Below, piece by piece: positions 36,880 through 48,525 of a stretch of 53,847 nucleotides of DNA. The stretch's first letter is position 1; each line of letters begins with the position of its first letter. Below the pieces are notes generated by a model. The model did not search any database, was not told where the DNA came from, and was given only the letters and a program-made list of their open reading frames with translations. Source of the stretch: Octopus bimaculoides (taxonomy: Eukaryota); NCBI RefSeq assembly GCF_001194135.2, contig NC_068982.1:81070886-81124732 (forward strand), in the 5' to 3' direction. The position numbers were made by a program, and so were the translations under genes.

Positions 36880-37368
36880 NNNNNNNNNNNNNNNNNNNNN
36901 NNNNNNNNNNNNNNNNNNNNNNNNNNNNNNNNNNNNNNNNNNNNNNNNNNNNNNNNNNNNNNNNNNNNNNNNNNNNNNNNNNNNNNNNNNNNNNNNNNNN
37001 NNNNNNNNNNNNNNNNNNNNNNNNNNNNNNNNNNNNNNNNNNNNNNNNNNNNNNNNNNNNNNNNNNNNNNNNNNNNNNNNNNNNNNNNNNNNNNNNNNNN
37101 NNNNNNNNNNNNNNNNNNNNNNNNNNNNNNNNNNNNNNNNNNNNNNNNNNNNNNNNNNNNNNNNNNNNNNNNNNNNNNNNNNNNNNNNNNNNNNNNNNNN
37201 NNNNNNNNNNNNNNNNNNNNNNNNNNNNNNNNNNNNNNNNNNNNNNNNNNNNNNNNNNNNNNNNNNNNNNNNNNNNNNNNNNNNNNNNNNNNNNNNNNNN
37301 NNNNNNNNNNNNNNNNNNNNNNNNNNNNNNNNNNNNNNNNNNNNNNNNNNNNNNNNNNNNNNNNNNNN

Positions 37369-37413
<45 letters not shown>

Positions 37414-37599
37414 TATATACATACATACATAGATGTCATTGAATGAAATAAGCTTAAAAACATAACCAACTAATGAAACAAAACCAAGAATACCCTCTTT
37501 TGTTGCCTAACCGATATGAACGTGGTTTCGTCATCGAGTCTGGGTGAAAGTGCATTGCCTATGACGTGTTCAGTTCCTCCGAGACTGAGTCTTTTTAAA

Positions 37600-38560
37600 T
37601 ATTCCGCTTAAACTGGCGCAAGTCATCACTTACAGACAAGGCAATGGGAAATTTTCAGAGAGCCGACGTTCTGGTGAGAACTGGACAGAATAGTTTGTTC
37701 AGGGTAAAACACACTAAATGTAACGAGAGGTGGAGACGCACGTGCCATATCCGAGGAACAGAAGACATATTTGCGATAGAAAAGATAAAAGGGAGGAAGT
37801 ACAGATTTGAGTCAGGGTCTGGAGTGTGTTAGCCACTGAATTCCAGTTAGTCGAGTGGTTCTTCTGTAGATGTGATTCCGAATGTTTGTGTTCATAGTAA
37901 CAGCATCATTCTAGATGTGATGTGGTGGGGAGGAAAGTACTCCCTTATGGGTCTCACCTGAATCTTGAAAAATGTCTGCAACTCTCGGGGACTGAAATAG
38001 CTTCTCGGTGTGGAGAGAAGGGCCAATCTTTGCGATGCTGTCCTAGCTAAGCTGAGAATGTGTTTTCCCGAGGAGAGATCATCGATGATAGTGAGGCCCA
38101 GCATTCGGATCAACTGAGAATGCTGTATTGAAGTGATGCTTCCTTTTAATGGCGTCTGATGTAGTGTGGCAGTGTTTTCTGAGTATATATAGTACTTGAG
38201 TTGGGGTTTTTGCCGTTAAAAGAACCTAAGCAGGCATGTCCTCATAGAAGGATGCTCTCAAGGTCTCTGTTAATGGTATCAATGGAGATGTAGCGTAAGA
38301 TTTGGAGGTCGAATGTGGATAATGTATGGTTGGGAAAGGTTGGAAAGAATGAAAGTGTGTTGTAGATAGGGAAGAAATAAGGGGAACAAAACCGAACTCT
38401 GAGGAGATCCATACTTGATTGAATGTAGGACACAAAGAGGTCTGTCAACATATACAACAATGGGTTGATATGATAGGAAGCTATTGATCCAAGAGATGAG
38501 AGGTTAGTGAAGCTCGTAGACGAGAAGTTTTGACAAGTGATTTGTCTTCTTACACACGGA
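37600..38560 (-). pseudogene. LINE reverse transcriptase fragment (CR1/L2/Jockey group), decayed
   Basis: KLLVYELH*PLISWINSFLSYQPIVVYVD...GSPQSSVLFPLF (compare GVPQGSVLSP); INRDLESILL*G...FNGK; RMLGLTIIDDLS...RTASQRLALL...YFSP.EL.TFFK.QVRP..EY. Confidence 0.8.
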
Positions 38561-38712
38561 CGAACGGTTTGCTGTTGATTAGGGTAGCAACATTACTTCC
38601 GCTGAAATTCTCTAAGAGATTCCACTGGTGAATAACGAAAGAGTGTAGATCTCCTCTGGATCTGGTTCTGAGGAAGCCATACTGGTAGTCAGTGAGGACA
38701 GAAAGAAATAGG

Positions 38713-38780
<68 letters not shown>

Positions 38781-38858
38781 TTATTCTTATACAAGTAAGT
38801 TGTTCACAATGACTTCGAAGTTCTGGCTAGCTAAGATAGACAGATAGATATATGGATC

Positions 38859-38984
<126 letters not shown>

Positions 38985-39044
38985 ACAGACAGAGACAGAG
39001 ACAGAGAGAAAGAGAGAGGCTCATTGCAGTGGAGTTGTGAGAAA

Positions 39045-39624
39045 TGACAGCAAGGGAAAGATAGTTTGCTGGATCAGAAGGGGTTGCCTTTCATTGGAAT
39101 GGAAGCTATGGTCCCGAGGATGCGATTTCTGGTAGTTTTCGGTACGTGAGGAAGTCCGGAGGCAATGAAAATGGCTTTGCTTGTTTGTCCAGGTTTCCCA
39201 CGTAACTTGCGGCCAATATTCCTTAAATTCCTAGCTGTCAGTCTTGGAGGTCCCACAATTGGATCGTTTCTTACTAGGCGAAGGGTCCTTCAGAAATCGT
39301 CGAATCGTGTCCACACGACAACCTAACTTCTCCGCAATGACATGAAGAGAGGTGCCTTTAGCACTTTCCTTGATGATGACAGACTTTTCTTCATCATTAA
39401 GGCCTTTTTCCACGTCCCATTGTTCTTAGAAAGGAGAAAGCTATTAGCGTGGTTCACCCAAAAACTGAAGAATCTGAAATGACAAAGAAAGGACGTTGCA
39501 CGGAATAATGAAAACATAACAATGGTGTTGCCATAGTGTACAAACCAGCTTGGAAAAGTTATACGAAAATCGATTCTCATAAAAAAAGAAAACGAGAAAC
39601 CCAAGCTATTAGCGTGTCTCTGGG
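39045..39624 (-). mobile_element. 5' part of a Tc1-like transposon (terminal repeat + HTH region), truncated
   Basis: Minus-strand GLNDEEKSVIIKESAKGTSLHVIAEKLG..VDTIRRFLKDPSP.KKRS.CG, then frameshift into LTARNLRNIGRKLRGKPGQTSKAIF..SGLP.VPKTTRNRIL. The end abuts TA at 39625-39626. Confidence 0.75.
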
Positions 39625-40355
39625 TATATATGTATATATACATATTATATATATATGTAGAGAACATTTTGTAAATAAACTTAGAAGCGATGAGTGAGTC
39701 GGTATTCTACAAAAGATTAAGGAATTTTCGAACGCATGATAGCTCTGAAGACAGCTTAGAAAATCGGGTAAATACCTTTTAGAAGACGGAGAAAGGTGGA
39801 CAACAAATCTTTTCTGACGAACTAGGTTCGATCTACGAGGCGACGGAACTTTAAGATGCATGAAGTTGGCTCAAACTGTTATTAAATTGATCGTGAGCCG
39901 ATCACCCCTGACCACTAAGCCTCGCGCCTTCACGCCACTCATATATACACACACANNNNNNNNNNCCTCCTCATCATCATCATCATCATCAGTTGCAGTA
40001 GCAGCAGCAGCGACGATGTTGGAATGGTTGAAATGTATTCCTGATTCAAATGAATGCAAATTTATTACCTAGATGTCGCCACTTGCTGTAAAATTACCGA
40101 TATTTCTTCACTGTTAAATCTAACGTTAACGTTTCTCTCGTCAGGTGGCGTTAGCAACAACATTACCAACACTGATGTTTGATGTGTCACTCTTAACTCT
40201 TTGTTCCTGATGACATTACGGCGCAGCTGCAATGATTGTTGTTGCTCTAACTGTTGCTCTAGTCATTTTTGTTTTTGATGTTCTTATTGCTGTTGTTGTT
40301 GTTGTTGTTGTTGTTGATGATGATGATGATTTATGTCTATTGACATTTTTTTATG

Positions 40356-40497
40356 CATGCTAGCCACTGATATAAATTATACCTATCTATATCTATATAT
40401 CTATATATCTATATATTGATATGTCGATATATATATATATATATATATAAAGGGTAAAAATTATTAAAACTAATAATTTATATCAGTGGCTAGCATG
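40356..40497. repeat. Perfect 25-bp inverted repeat around a (TA)n-rich spacer
   Basis: CATGCTAGCCACTGATATAAATTAT (40356-40380) / ATAATTTATATCAGTGGCTAGCATG (40473-40497). Confidence 0.92.
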
Positions 40498-40954
40498 AAA
40501 ACTACATTTTGAAACTTTTAAATTCAATATGCATACAGATAGGTATATAAAGAGATAGATAGATATGAATGCCTTCCAGGGACTAAAAACAATAGTAACA
40601 CCATCTTCTATAGGATCGCCACATTTAGTTGACAAATATTTTTTATGAATAAATGGATAAGGATAAATAGATAGACAGACAAATAAATAGATGGATGAAA
40701 CAGTTCACAATTTAAAATTGGGGGAGGGGTGAAATTTGAGGCCCTTATTAAACTTTATAACATTAATTATTAAATATTGTTTGTTTCTCATAAAATNNNN
40801 NNNNNNTGATGATGATGATGACGACGACGACGACGACGACGACAACGATGACGACGGTGGTGGTGGTGGTGTTGGTGGTGGTGGTGGTGGTGGTGGTGAT
40901 TTCGTATTTTGTTTTCTTTTTGTCCTTATTGTTATGGCTGCTTGTGGAGAGATG

Positions 40955-41075
40955 GGAGATTGACAGAATCGTTTGAGCGGAGGTAAAAATGCATTCTAGT
41001 GTTCGCTTCGACTCTTTATGGTCTACATTCAAATCTTGTTGGGGTCAACATTTCATGTGGAAAAAAAGAAATCGT
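40955..41075 (+). mobile_element. SINE family 2 fragment
   Basis: GACAGAATCGTTTGAGCGGAGGTAAAAATGC...GTCTACATTCAAATC...GGTCAAC, followed by decayed (TTA)n. Confidence 0.6.
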
Positions 41076-41109
41076 CATTATTGCTATCGTTATTATTATT
41101 ACTATTATA

Positions 41110-41712
41110 TTTTACTTCTCAGAGCTCTCGTTCTTACTTGCTCTGGTTAATTCTGTGAGAGCGGACGGCACCCTTTTGTCAAAGGCCTCACAATGTCTCT
41201 TTCTACAAATTATAAGTTTTAGTACTAAGGAGTTAGGTTCCATGTAAGATACTCAACACCTAAGTGTCAGACTCAAAATCTTAGCTGCCCCCAAAAGAAT
41301 AGTTTGGTGGGTGGGGTCATGCTCTGTCCTCATATCAATTCCAATTTCTCCGACATATTACTCTTGGTTGTCAGTACTCCGACTGCCCTACAACTACTGG
41401 GATAACAGTTACCCTCCTCATTGACCATACTCTTGCAATTGCGTCTTTTTTCCAGTTCTTTGTCGCCTACGTATGGGTTCCTAGGTATGGCAATAGCTAT
41501 GATCTTAGATTCCTTTTTCCTTTTATCTACGACAGCAATATATCGTCTCCGAGAATCGATTAGGCAGTCACAATGGTTTGTAAAATCACACAAGATCATA
41601 TATTCAATGTTCTCTGTGACGCCTTCTTGTTTGTACCATTTCTGTGTCCTTCCTAGACAGTATTTTTCACTCAATCTCCAGTGAAGAAACTTAGCCACGT
41701 TATCGAAGCTCC
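41110..41712 (-). mobile_element. R4/Dong-like RLE domain and 3' UTR, 5'-truncated
   Basis: VAKFLHWRLSEKY...KWY..EGVTEN.EY.IL.DF..HCD.LI.SRR.YIAVVDK.KKE.KII.IAIP....GDKELEK..., then ...AVGVLTT...QTILLGAAKILSLTL. The 3' UTR ends in decayed (TAA)n near 41085-41110; the 5' side abuts (TAC)n at 41716-41775. Confidence 0.85.
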
Positions 41713-41717
41713 TTTTG

Positions 41718-41774
<57 letters not shown>

Positions 41775-41899
41775 AGTGGGGGTTATTTTTACCTTATTTC
41801 ACCACTTGCTCTAGTTCCACTTTCCAGAATTAGTGGAGCCTGTACTTCTATTTTAATTCTGATATATCATACCAGAAAACTCTTACCAGAGATCTGTGG

Positions 41900-42530
41900 A
41901 TCTTAGTTTTTTTGCAAAATATCTCAACTGAATTTTAATAATAAAAATGTTGTAGTTCACCTAGCGGAACCCTGAGACTTCTTTTTGACTACCTTAAATT
42001 CTCTTCGGTCTTCAAATTTGGAAAATACTTTCCAAGAGATTCTAACAAACTGTAAAGATAATTTTTTAAACTGTTGCAGATTTCAAACTAAATCCTCCTT
42101 TAACTCATACAGGAAATCACTTGGAATCGGAAATTGGTTTAAAATATTTTCTTCCGCTGCTGAGATCCAGTATTCTAAATTACGAAATAACGACACCATT
42201 TTATGTTCAGCTTCAAAAAATATTTACTTCTTTTCCCTTGCAGAGATAAATAAACTTCGTTCTATTGTATGAAAATATCAGTGAAATATGTAACTGTTGA
42301 TAGTAATTGCTGTACTTCTTAATCTGTTGGATAATTGAAATATATGATCGATAAAATAGGTTAACAGCTCTTTACGCGATCCAAACATTATCACAAGACT
42401 ATTATTTCACAGGAGCCATCTAACGTCTGTATCCAAGTGTTCAGAAGACAACCAGTATTTTCACAAAAGGTTTTTAAAATGCGCTTGCCATGATTGAGGA
42501 TCTAACAAAATCCGATTTATGGGTAATTGA
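41900..42530 (-). pseudogene. hAT transposase relic (Buster/Charlie/SPIN-like)
   Basis: HLDTDVRWL (compare HTEVRWLSRG), RKELLTYFIDH..QLSNRL, and LSLQGKEVNIFEAEHKM..LFRNLEYWIS..E.N.LNQFP. Confidence 0.78.
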
Positions 42531-42904
42531 AATATTTTTTGCTAATAATGCATATCTGAGAAAAATACAATGGATTTGTTTTGGGTTTTTTTTTTTCATT
42601 TTTTTTCATTTATACTGCAAGTGCAAATATACTTCATTCGTATTTCACTACCAAAACTTAATCTAGTGATAATGCTCAGTTTCACTACGTGACACCTTGC
42701 CCAAGTAACTTCTACTATAGACCCAAGTCTATTAATGCTTCGTGAATGAATTTAATTGACGAAAACTGTGACAAACCATCACACATACGCACGCACATAC
42801 ACATACACACACATACATATTAATATATAGCGCTACTAGTTGTGACTGAGAATGCCGAAGTACCTGACATTTCGATTTAGCAAGACCATAGAGTGATTGA
42901 TTAG

Positions 42905-42953
42905 TCACTGCTGACGACGAGCTTACGACTGATAATCGAAACCAGTCTAGTGA
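42905..42953 (+). ncRNA. Compact type I hammerhead-like motif
   Basis: Stem I UCACUG/UAGUGA (6 bp), CUGACGA (42911-42917), weak stem II (one extra C, then GA/UC), GAAA (42938-42941), C-CA-G, GUC cleavage triplet (42945-42947). Confidence 0.55.
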
Positions 42954-42992
42954 TCTCTCAAGTCGTTGATGGGGCGATTATCTCCCCTGTCA

Positions 42993-43040
<48 letters not shown>

Positions 43041-43216
43041 TGTACGCTTCATATAGCATCGAGATTTAATAGGTGCAATATAGGAGCTTCGCCACCCTCT
43101 CCAGTGATTCTCGAGTCGTTGATGGGGCAATTATCTCCCCTGTCAGTGTATATATATTGTGCGCTTCATATAGTATCGAGATTTTATAGGTGCAATATAG
43201 GAGCTTCGCCACCCTC
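42948..43216 (+). repeat. Direct tandem duplication, two copies of a ~115-150 bp unit
   Basis: AGTGAT.TCTC.AGTCGTTGATGGGGC.ATTATCTCCCCTGTCA.TGTATATA...GCTTCATATAG.ATCGAGATTT.ATAGGTGCAATATAGGAGCTTCGCCACCCTC at 42948-43099 and 43102-43216; the copies differ mainly in (TA)n length. Confidence 0.93.
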
Positions 43217-43289
43217 AATCACAATTAGTGGCGATTAAGGTTTTTCTTTTGGGTTTTCATATTGCCCCTAGCTGTTTATATTAATATAC

Positions 43290-43430
43290 TTACATTCTTT
43301 TATTCTTTTACTTGTTTCAGTTAATTTGACTGCTGGAGCACAACCTTTTAGTCGAAGAAGTCGACACCTGGATTTATTCTTTGTAAGCCCGGTCCTTATT
43401 TTATCGGTCACTATCCGTTAAGTTAAGCTC
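43290..43430 (-). mobile_element. SINE family 1 3' fragment
   Basis: TTCTTTTACTTGTTTCAG...TTTAGTCGA...ATTCTTTGTAAGCC is the reverse complement of the 19220-19345 segment. A head fragment also lies at ~42680-42785 (+). Confidence 0.75.
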
Positions 43431-43473
43431 ACTTCGCTACAACCCACACGTGCGCGCAGATATGTGCAAATGT

Positions 43474-43539
<66 letters not shown>

Positions 43540-43759
43540 ACAGTGTATGTGTGCATCTATGTGCTAACTATCCTGCTTTAAGTCGCTGTGTGGAGTTGTA
43601 TCCCTTTTCTCAGAAAAAAGGTGATGTACCCGTTAATATAGGTATCGTGAGAAAACTTACTGGAATCCCTATAGCAGATGAGAAACTTTTGCTGACGGTG
43701 CTCCACTATGGTCGCAGTTCACTGCCTGCAAAGTAACACTGAATGTATGTATACCTACA

Positions 43760-43802
<43 letters not shown>

Positions 43803-44894
43803 TAAAAGAGTTCCAACTGTGTCTGTTTATCATGTTTTATTAAATTCTTGTAAAATTAATGTGGGATGTAGAAAATGGAATATATAATATATAATATAAA
43901 AATGGATGGTACAATGAAATGAAGTATTGAATGTCTTATTGAATATATGAAATATTGAGTGTTCAATATAAAAAATTAAATGTATAAAGGCGAATACGTA
44001 TTTTCATACCTTGTGGTATTCATCAAGGCCTTCGTCTCACAGACTGTAACTCACACACACATATGTACACGCACTTATACATGCATTAATACATACATAC
44101 TAGAAGATATAGTTATTACAGACTATATTATATATGATATTATACACACACATACATACACATATATTATACACATATATATCATATACACACACACATA
44201 CATATATATATATGTATACACACACATAGATATATATAAATATATATAAGATAGNNNNNNNNNNNNNNNNNNNNNNNNNNNNNNNNNNNNNNNNNNNNNN
44301 NNNNNNNNNNNNNNNNNNNNNNNNNNNNNNNNNNNNNNNNNNNNNNNNNNNNNNNNNNNNNNNNNNNNNNNNNNNNNNNNNNNNNNNNNNNNNNNNNNNN
44401 NNNNNNNNNNNNNNNNNNNNNNNNNNNNNNNNNNNNNNNNNNNNNNNNNNNNNNNNNNNNNNNNNNNNNNNNNNNNNNNNNNNNNNNNNNNNNNNNNNNN
44501 NNNNNNNNNNNNNNNNNNNNNNNNNNNNNNNNNNNNNNNNNNNNNNNNNNNNNNNNNNNNNNNNNNNNNNNNNNNNNNNNNNNNNNNNNNNNNNNNNNNN
44601 NNNNNNNNNNNNNNNNNNNNNNNNNNNNNNNNNNNNNNNNNNNNNNNNNNNNNNNNNNNNNNNNNNNNNNNNNNNNNNNNNNNNNNNNNNNNNNNNNNNN
44701 NNNNNNNNNNNNNNNNNNNNNNNNNNNNNNNNNNNNNNNNNNNNNNNNNNNNNNNNNNNNNNNNNNNNNNNNNNNNNNNNNNNNNNNNNNNNNNNNNNNN
44801 NNNNNNNNNNNNNNNNNNNNNNNNNNNNNNNNNNNNNNNNNNNNNNNNNNNNNNNNNNNNNNNNNNNNNNNNNNNTGTTAACGCTACTTCATGT

Positions 44895-44898
44895 GTTT

Positions 44899-44938
<40 letters not shown>

Positions 44939-45210
44939 CCACCACCAACATAATCATCACCCTCATCATCACCACCATCATCAATATCATCATCATCATC
45001 ATCATCATCGTCGTCGTCATCGTCGTCGTCGTCGTCCTCATCATGCCATCGCGATCTTTGTCAGCGTCGTCGTCATCGCTGTCGTCGTCGTCGTCGTCGT
45101 CACCATAATTATCACCATCATCATCATCTTCATCGTCATTGTTATTATTGTCATCATCATCGCCACCACTACCATCACCATCATCAACATCGGCATAGTT
45201 ATTACTATTA
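44895..45210. repeat. Compound (CAT)n/(CAC)n/(CGT)n microsatellite
   Basis: Directly visible. Confidence 0.95.
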
Positions 45211-46821
45211 TTATTTTTAATATAATACATATCAGCTGTATTTCATTACTTCTTTTTTATTATGACAGTTTTCTTTTATGCTGTTATATTTATTCAACCA
45301 ACTTTTTTTTATTTTTTTGCTTTGACTTCTTTTGTTTATATATATTTTTTGATATAAAAAAAAAACGAGTCTTTTCTACATTTACGTCATATTTTTATTG
45401 TTTGAGTCAGCCATTTTGAGCGAAATATAGAAATATCGACCGAGGCATTAGCTGCAATATTTTCCAATATTTTTTTCTTTTTTATAGTACTGAAATATAT
45501 CCAATATGATATGTGTGTGTGTGTGTGTGTATGTGTGTGTGTGTGTGTATGTGTGTGTGTGTGTATGTGTGTGTGTGTGTGTGCGTGCGTACGTGTGTAA
45601 ATGTATATGTATATATAATATAATATAATATAATATATATATATATATTTATACATACATATATATATATANNNNNNNNNNNNNNNNNNNNNNNNNNNNN
45701 NNNNNNNNNNNNNNNNNNNNNNNNNNNNNNNNNNNNNNNNNNNNNNNNNNNNNNNNNNNNNNNNNNNNNNNNNNNNNNNNNNNNNNNNNNNNNNNNNNNN
45801 NNNNNNNNNNNNNNNNNNNNNNNNNNNNNNNNNNNNNNNNNNNNNNNNNNNNNNNNNNNNNNNNNNNNNNNNNNNNNNNNNNNNNNNNNNNNNNNNNNNN
45901 NNNNNNNNNNNNNNNNNNNNNNNNNNNNNNNNNNNNNNNNNNNNNNNNNNNNNNNNNNNNNNNNNNNNNNNNNNNNNNNNNNNNNNNNNNNNNNNNNNNN
46001 NNNNNNNNNNNNNNNNNNNNNNNNNNNNNNNNNNNNNNNNNNNNNNNNNNNNNNNNNNNNNNNNNNNNNNNNNNNNNNNNNNNNNNNNNNNNNNNNNNNN
46101 NNNNNNNNNNNNNNNNNNNNNNNNNNNNNNNNNNNNNNNNNNNNNNNNNNNNNNNNNNNNNNNNNNNNNNNNNNNNNNNNNNNNNNNNNNNNNNNNNNNN
46201 NNNNNNNNNNNNNNNNNNNNNNNNNNNNNNNNNNNNNNNNNNNNNNNNNNNNNNNNNNNNNNNNNNNNNNNNNNNNNNNNNNNNNNNNNNNNNNNNNNNN
46301 NNNNNNNNNNNNNNATATATATATATATATATATATACATGTACTTAATTGAATTCAATATATGCGCATGCATATTTTTATACAGATGTATATTACTACA
46401 CATACAGGTACACATGTGTATATATGTTTGTATTTATTTGTATGAACGTGTATGTGTGTGTGTGTATTTATATGTATGTGCGTATACATATATTATGTGT
46501 GCGTGCATCTTTGTATGTGTATGGAAGCCCTATGTAAATATGACAACGATAGCTTAAGAGCTATTTTCACGGCTCACACGGTAAAATCGATTCAAACACA
46601 CGGAAATAATTCGGATCAAATTGTAGCTTAAAATATATACACTTGTATATGTGTATGTATGTACGGTATGTATGTATGTATGTATGTATGTATGTATGTA
46701 TGTATGTATGTATCTATATGTGTGTATATATATGTATATATACATACATATATATATATGTATGTATATGTATGTGTATATATGCGTGTGTGTGTATGAA
46801 TGTATGTATCTACATGTGTAC

Positions 46822-46917
<96 letters not shown>

Positions 46918-46954
46918 CAAAGAATATGTGTCTTTATATGTATGTCTATTATAA

Positions 46955-46991
<37 letters not shown>

Positions 46992-47429
46992 AAGGGGGGG
47001 AGAGAGAGACATATATACATACATTTATACACACATTTAAGAACATATTTAACCGCATTTTTGCCAGAAACTTTCATTAGAACTTTCTACCAACAATGTA
47101 TTCGCTTTAACAGTCTCCTCTTTTTGCTTCAAGTCATCTCGCTGGTCTGCACCTCTCACTACTTCCAGCCTGAATCATTTGTCTGATCGCCTATCCTTTA
47201 AAGTATCTAACTCTTCATCCTGAACATTATGAGACAGAGCATATCTCCTTGTGTGACCACTTCAATTGCATCGCGTTCAAGAATACACACACACACACAC
47301 ACACACATATAACCATTTAAAAAATATTTTCTTGAGGCCAGTTACTCAGATTTTATGATGCATAAATGACTGTGACCACAACAGTCCTCTAGAACGGGAC
47401 ATCGGTTTGTTGCAGAATTCATGGCCACA

Positions 47430-47560
47430 AATTTCAGAAGCGAGGACTGGCACTTTATTTTAATGACCCGAAGGGAAGTAAGATTTGAACTCAGAACGTA
47501 AAAAGTCGGAAAAATGCCGCTAAATCTTTTGCCTGATTTGCAAATGGCCCAGCTAGCTGG
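47430..47560 (-). mobile_element. SINE family 2 fragment
   Basis: CACTTTATTTTAATGACCCGAAGG...GATTTGAACTCAGAACGTAAA...AAATGCCGCTAA is the reverse complement of the family 2 head. Confidence 0.7.
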
Positions 47561-48468
47561 CCCCTTTGGGATTATTATATGTAAAAGAAATCGGCTGAAG
47601 GCGAGCCAACTGATCTTAGTTAATGATTTGCTGAGCGACATTTGTTGATCTTCTGGGCCACTACTACCTGATCTTGATGTTTAAGGTCTCCTATAATAAT
47701 ACAGTGCCCTTGATATGCGATCTTCTTGAATAATAATCTCCCGATTTTGTAAAGTGGCCAATTGTTCCATCAATAGTAAATTACCTTCTCTCAAACTCCT
47801 CCTCACATGAACCTTCACATCATCCTTCTACCCCACCACCACCACCACACACATAAGCTACGATTAAAACAAAGTGTTGTTGCTCCTTACACTCTGACCC
47901 CTACACATAAACTAATCTTTTAATTTCGTTTTTGGTTTCGGTTTGCAAGATTCTTTATGTGAGTTCGTGTGTTGAAGCATAATTTGTTATGTCTGGGGAG
48001 AGTCACTCTATTTAGTACCTTATAATTTAACACACCGCTAAAATTTCCACTCATTTACTTATATATTTTTCTAAAATTTTCGTTGCGTCTTGCAACCTTT
48101 TCAATAGTTGTTGACTCTGTCCGTTATTCACACTGCGTTCTTATTGTTTGTTTGTGTGCATGTGTGTGGGTCAGTGTGTGTGTGTGTGCGCGCGCATACA
48201 CATGCATGCATGTATGTAAGTATGTATGTATGTATGCATGTGTGTGTATGCATGTATATGTGTGTGTGCGTATGTATATATGTATGTATGTGTGTACGCT
48301 TGTATGTAGGTATTCTGCCTGCATATTCATGNNNNNNNNNNGTGTGTACGCTTGTATGTAGGTATTCTGCCTGCATATTCATGTGTTTGTGTGTTTTATG
48401 TGTGTGTATGTGTGTGTGTGTGTTTGCATGTGTGTGTGTACCTTGTGTGTGTATGTCTGAGTGTGTGT

Positions 48469-48525
48469 GTCTTACAGCTGTTTCTGGGATATCCCAGAGT
48501 ATGGGATATTCCGACATCAGAGACT
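48469..48525 (-). ncRNA. Hammerhead-like motif, left end (A9>U)
   Basis: Stem I GUCU/AGAC, CUGAUGU, stem II with 10 of 11 bp, GAAA-CAGCUG-UA. Confidence 0.55.

Noticed and set aside
39700-39860. QIFSDE, resembling the first Asp motif of a Tc1 transposase on the plus strand
   Set aside because: A single short motif among stops, with no further DDE motifs.
40105-40150. Minus-strand CTGACGA-GA-GAAA-CGTTAACGT
   Set aside because: Stem II is absent and stem I does not pair; probably chance.
48292-48383. ~40-bp direct repeat flanking a 10-N gap
   Set aside because: Identical sequence on both sides of a tiny gap is typical of an unmerged contig overlap.
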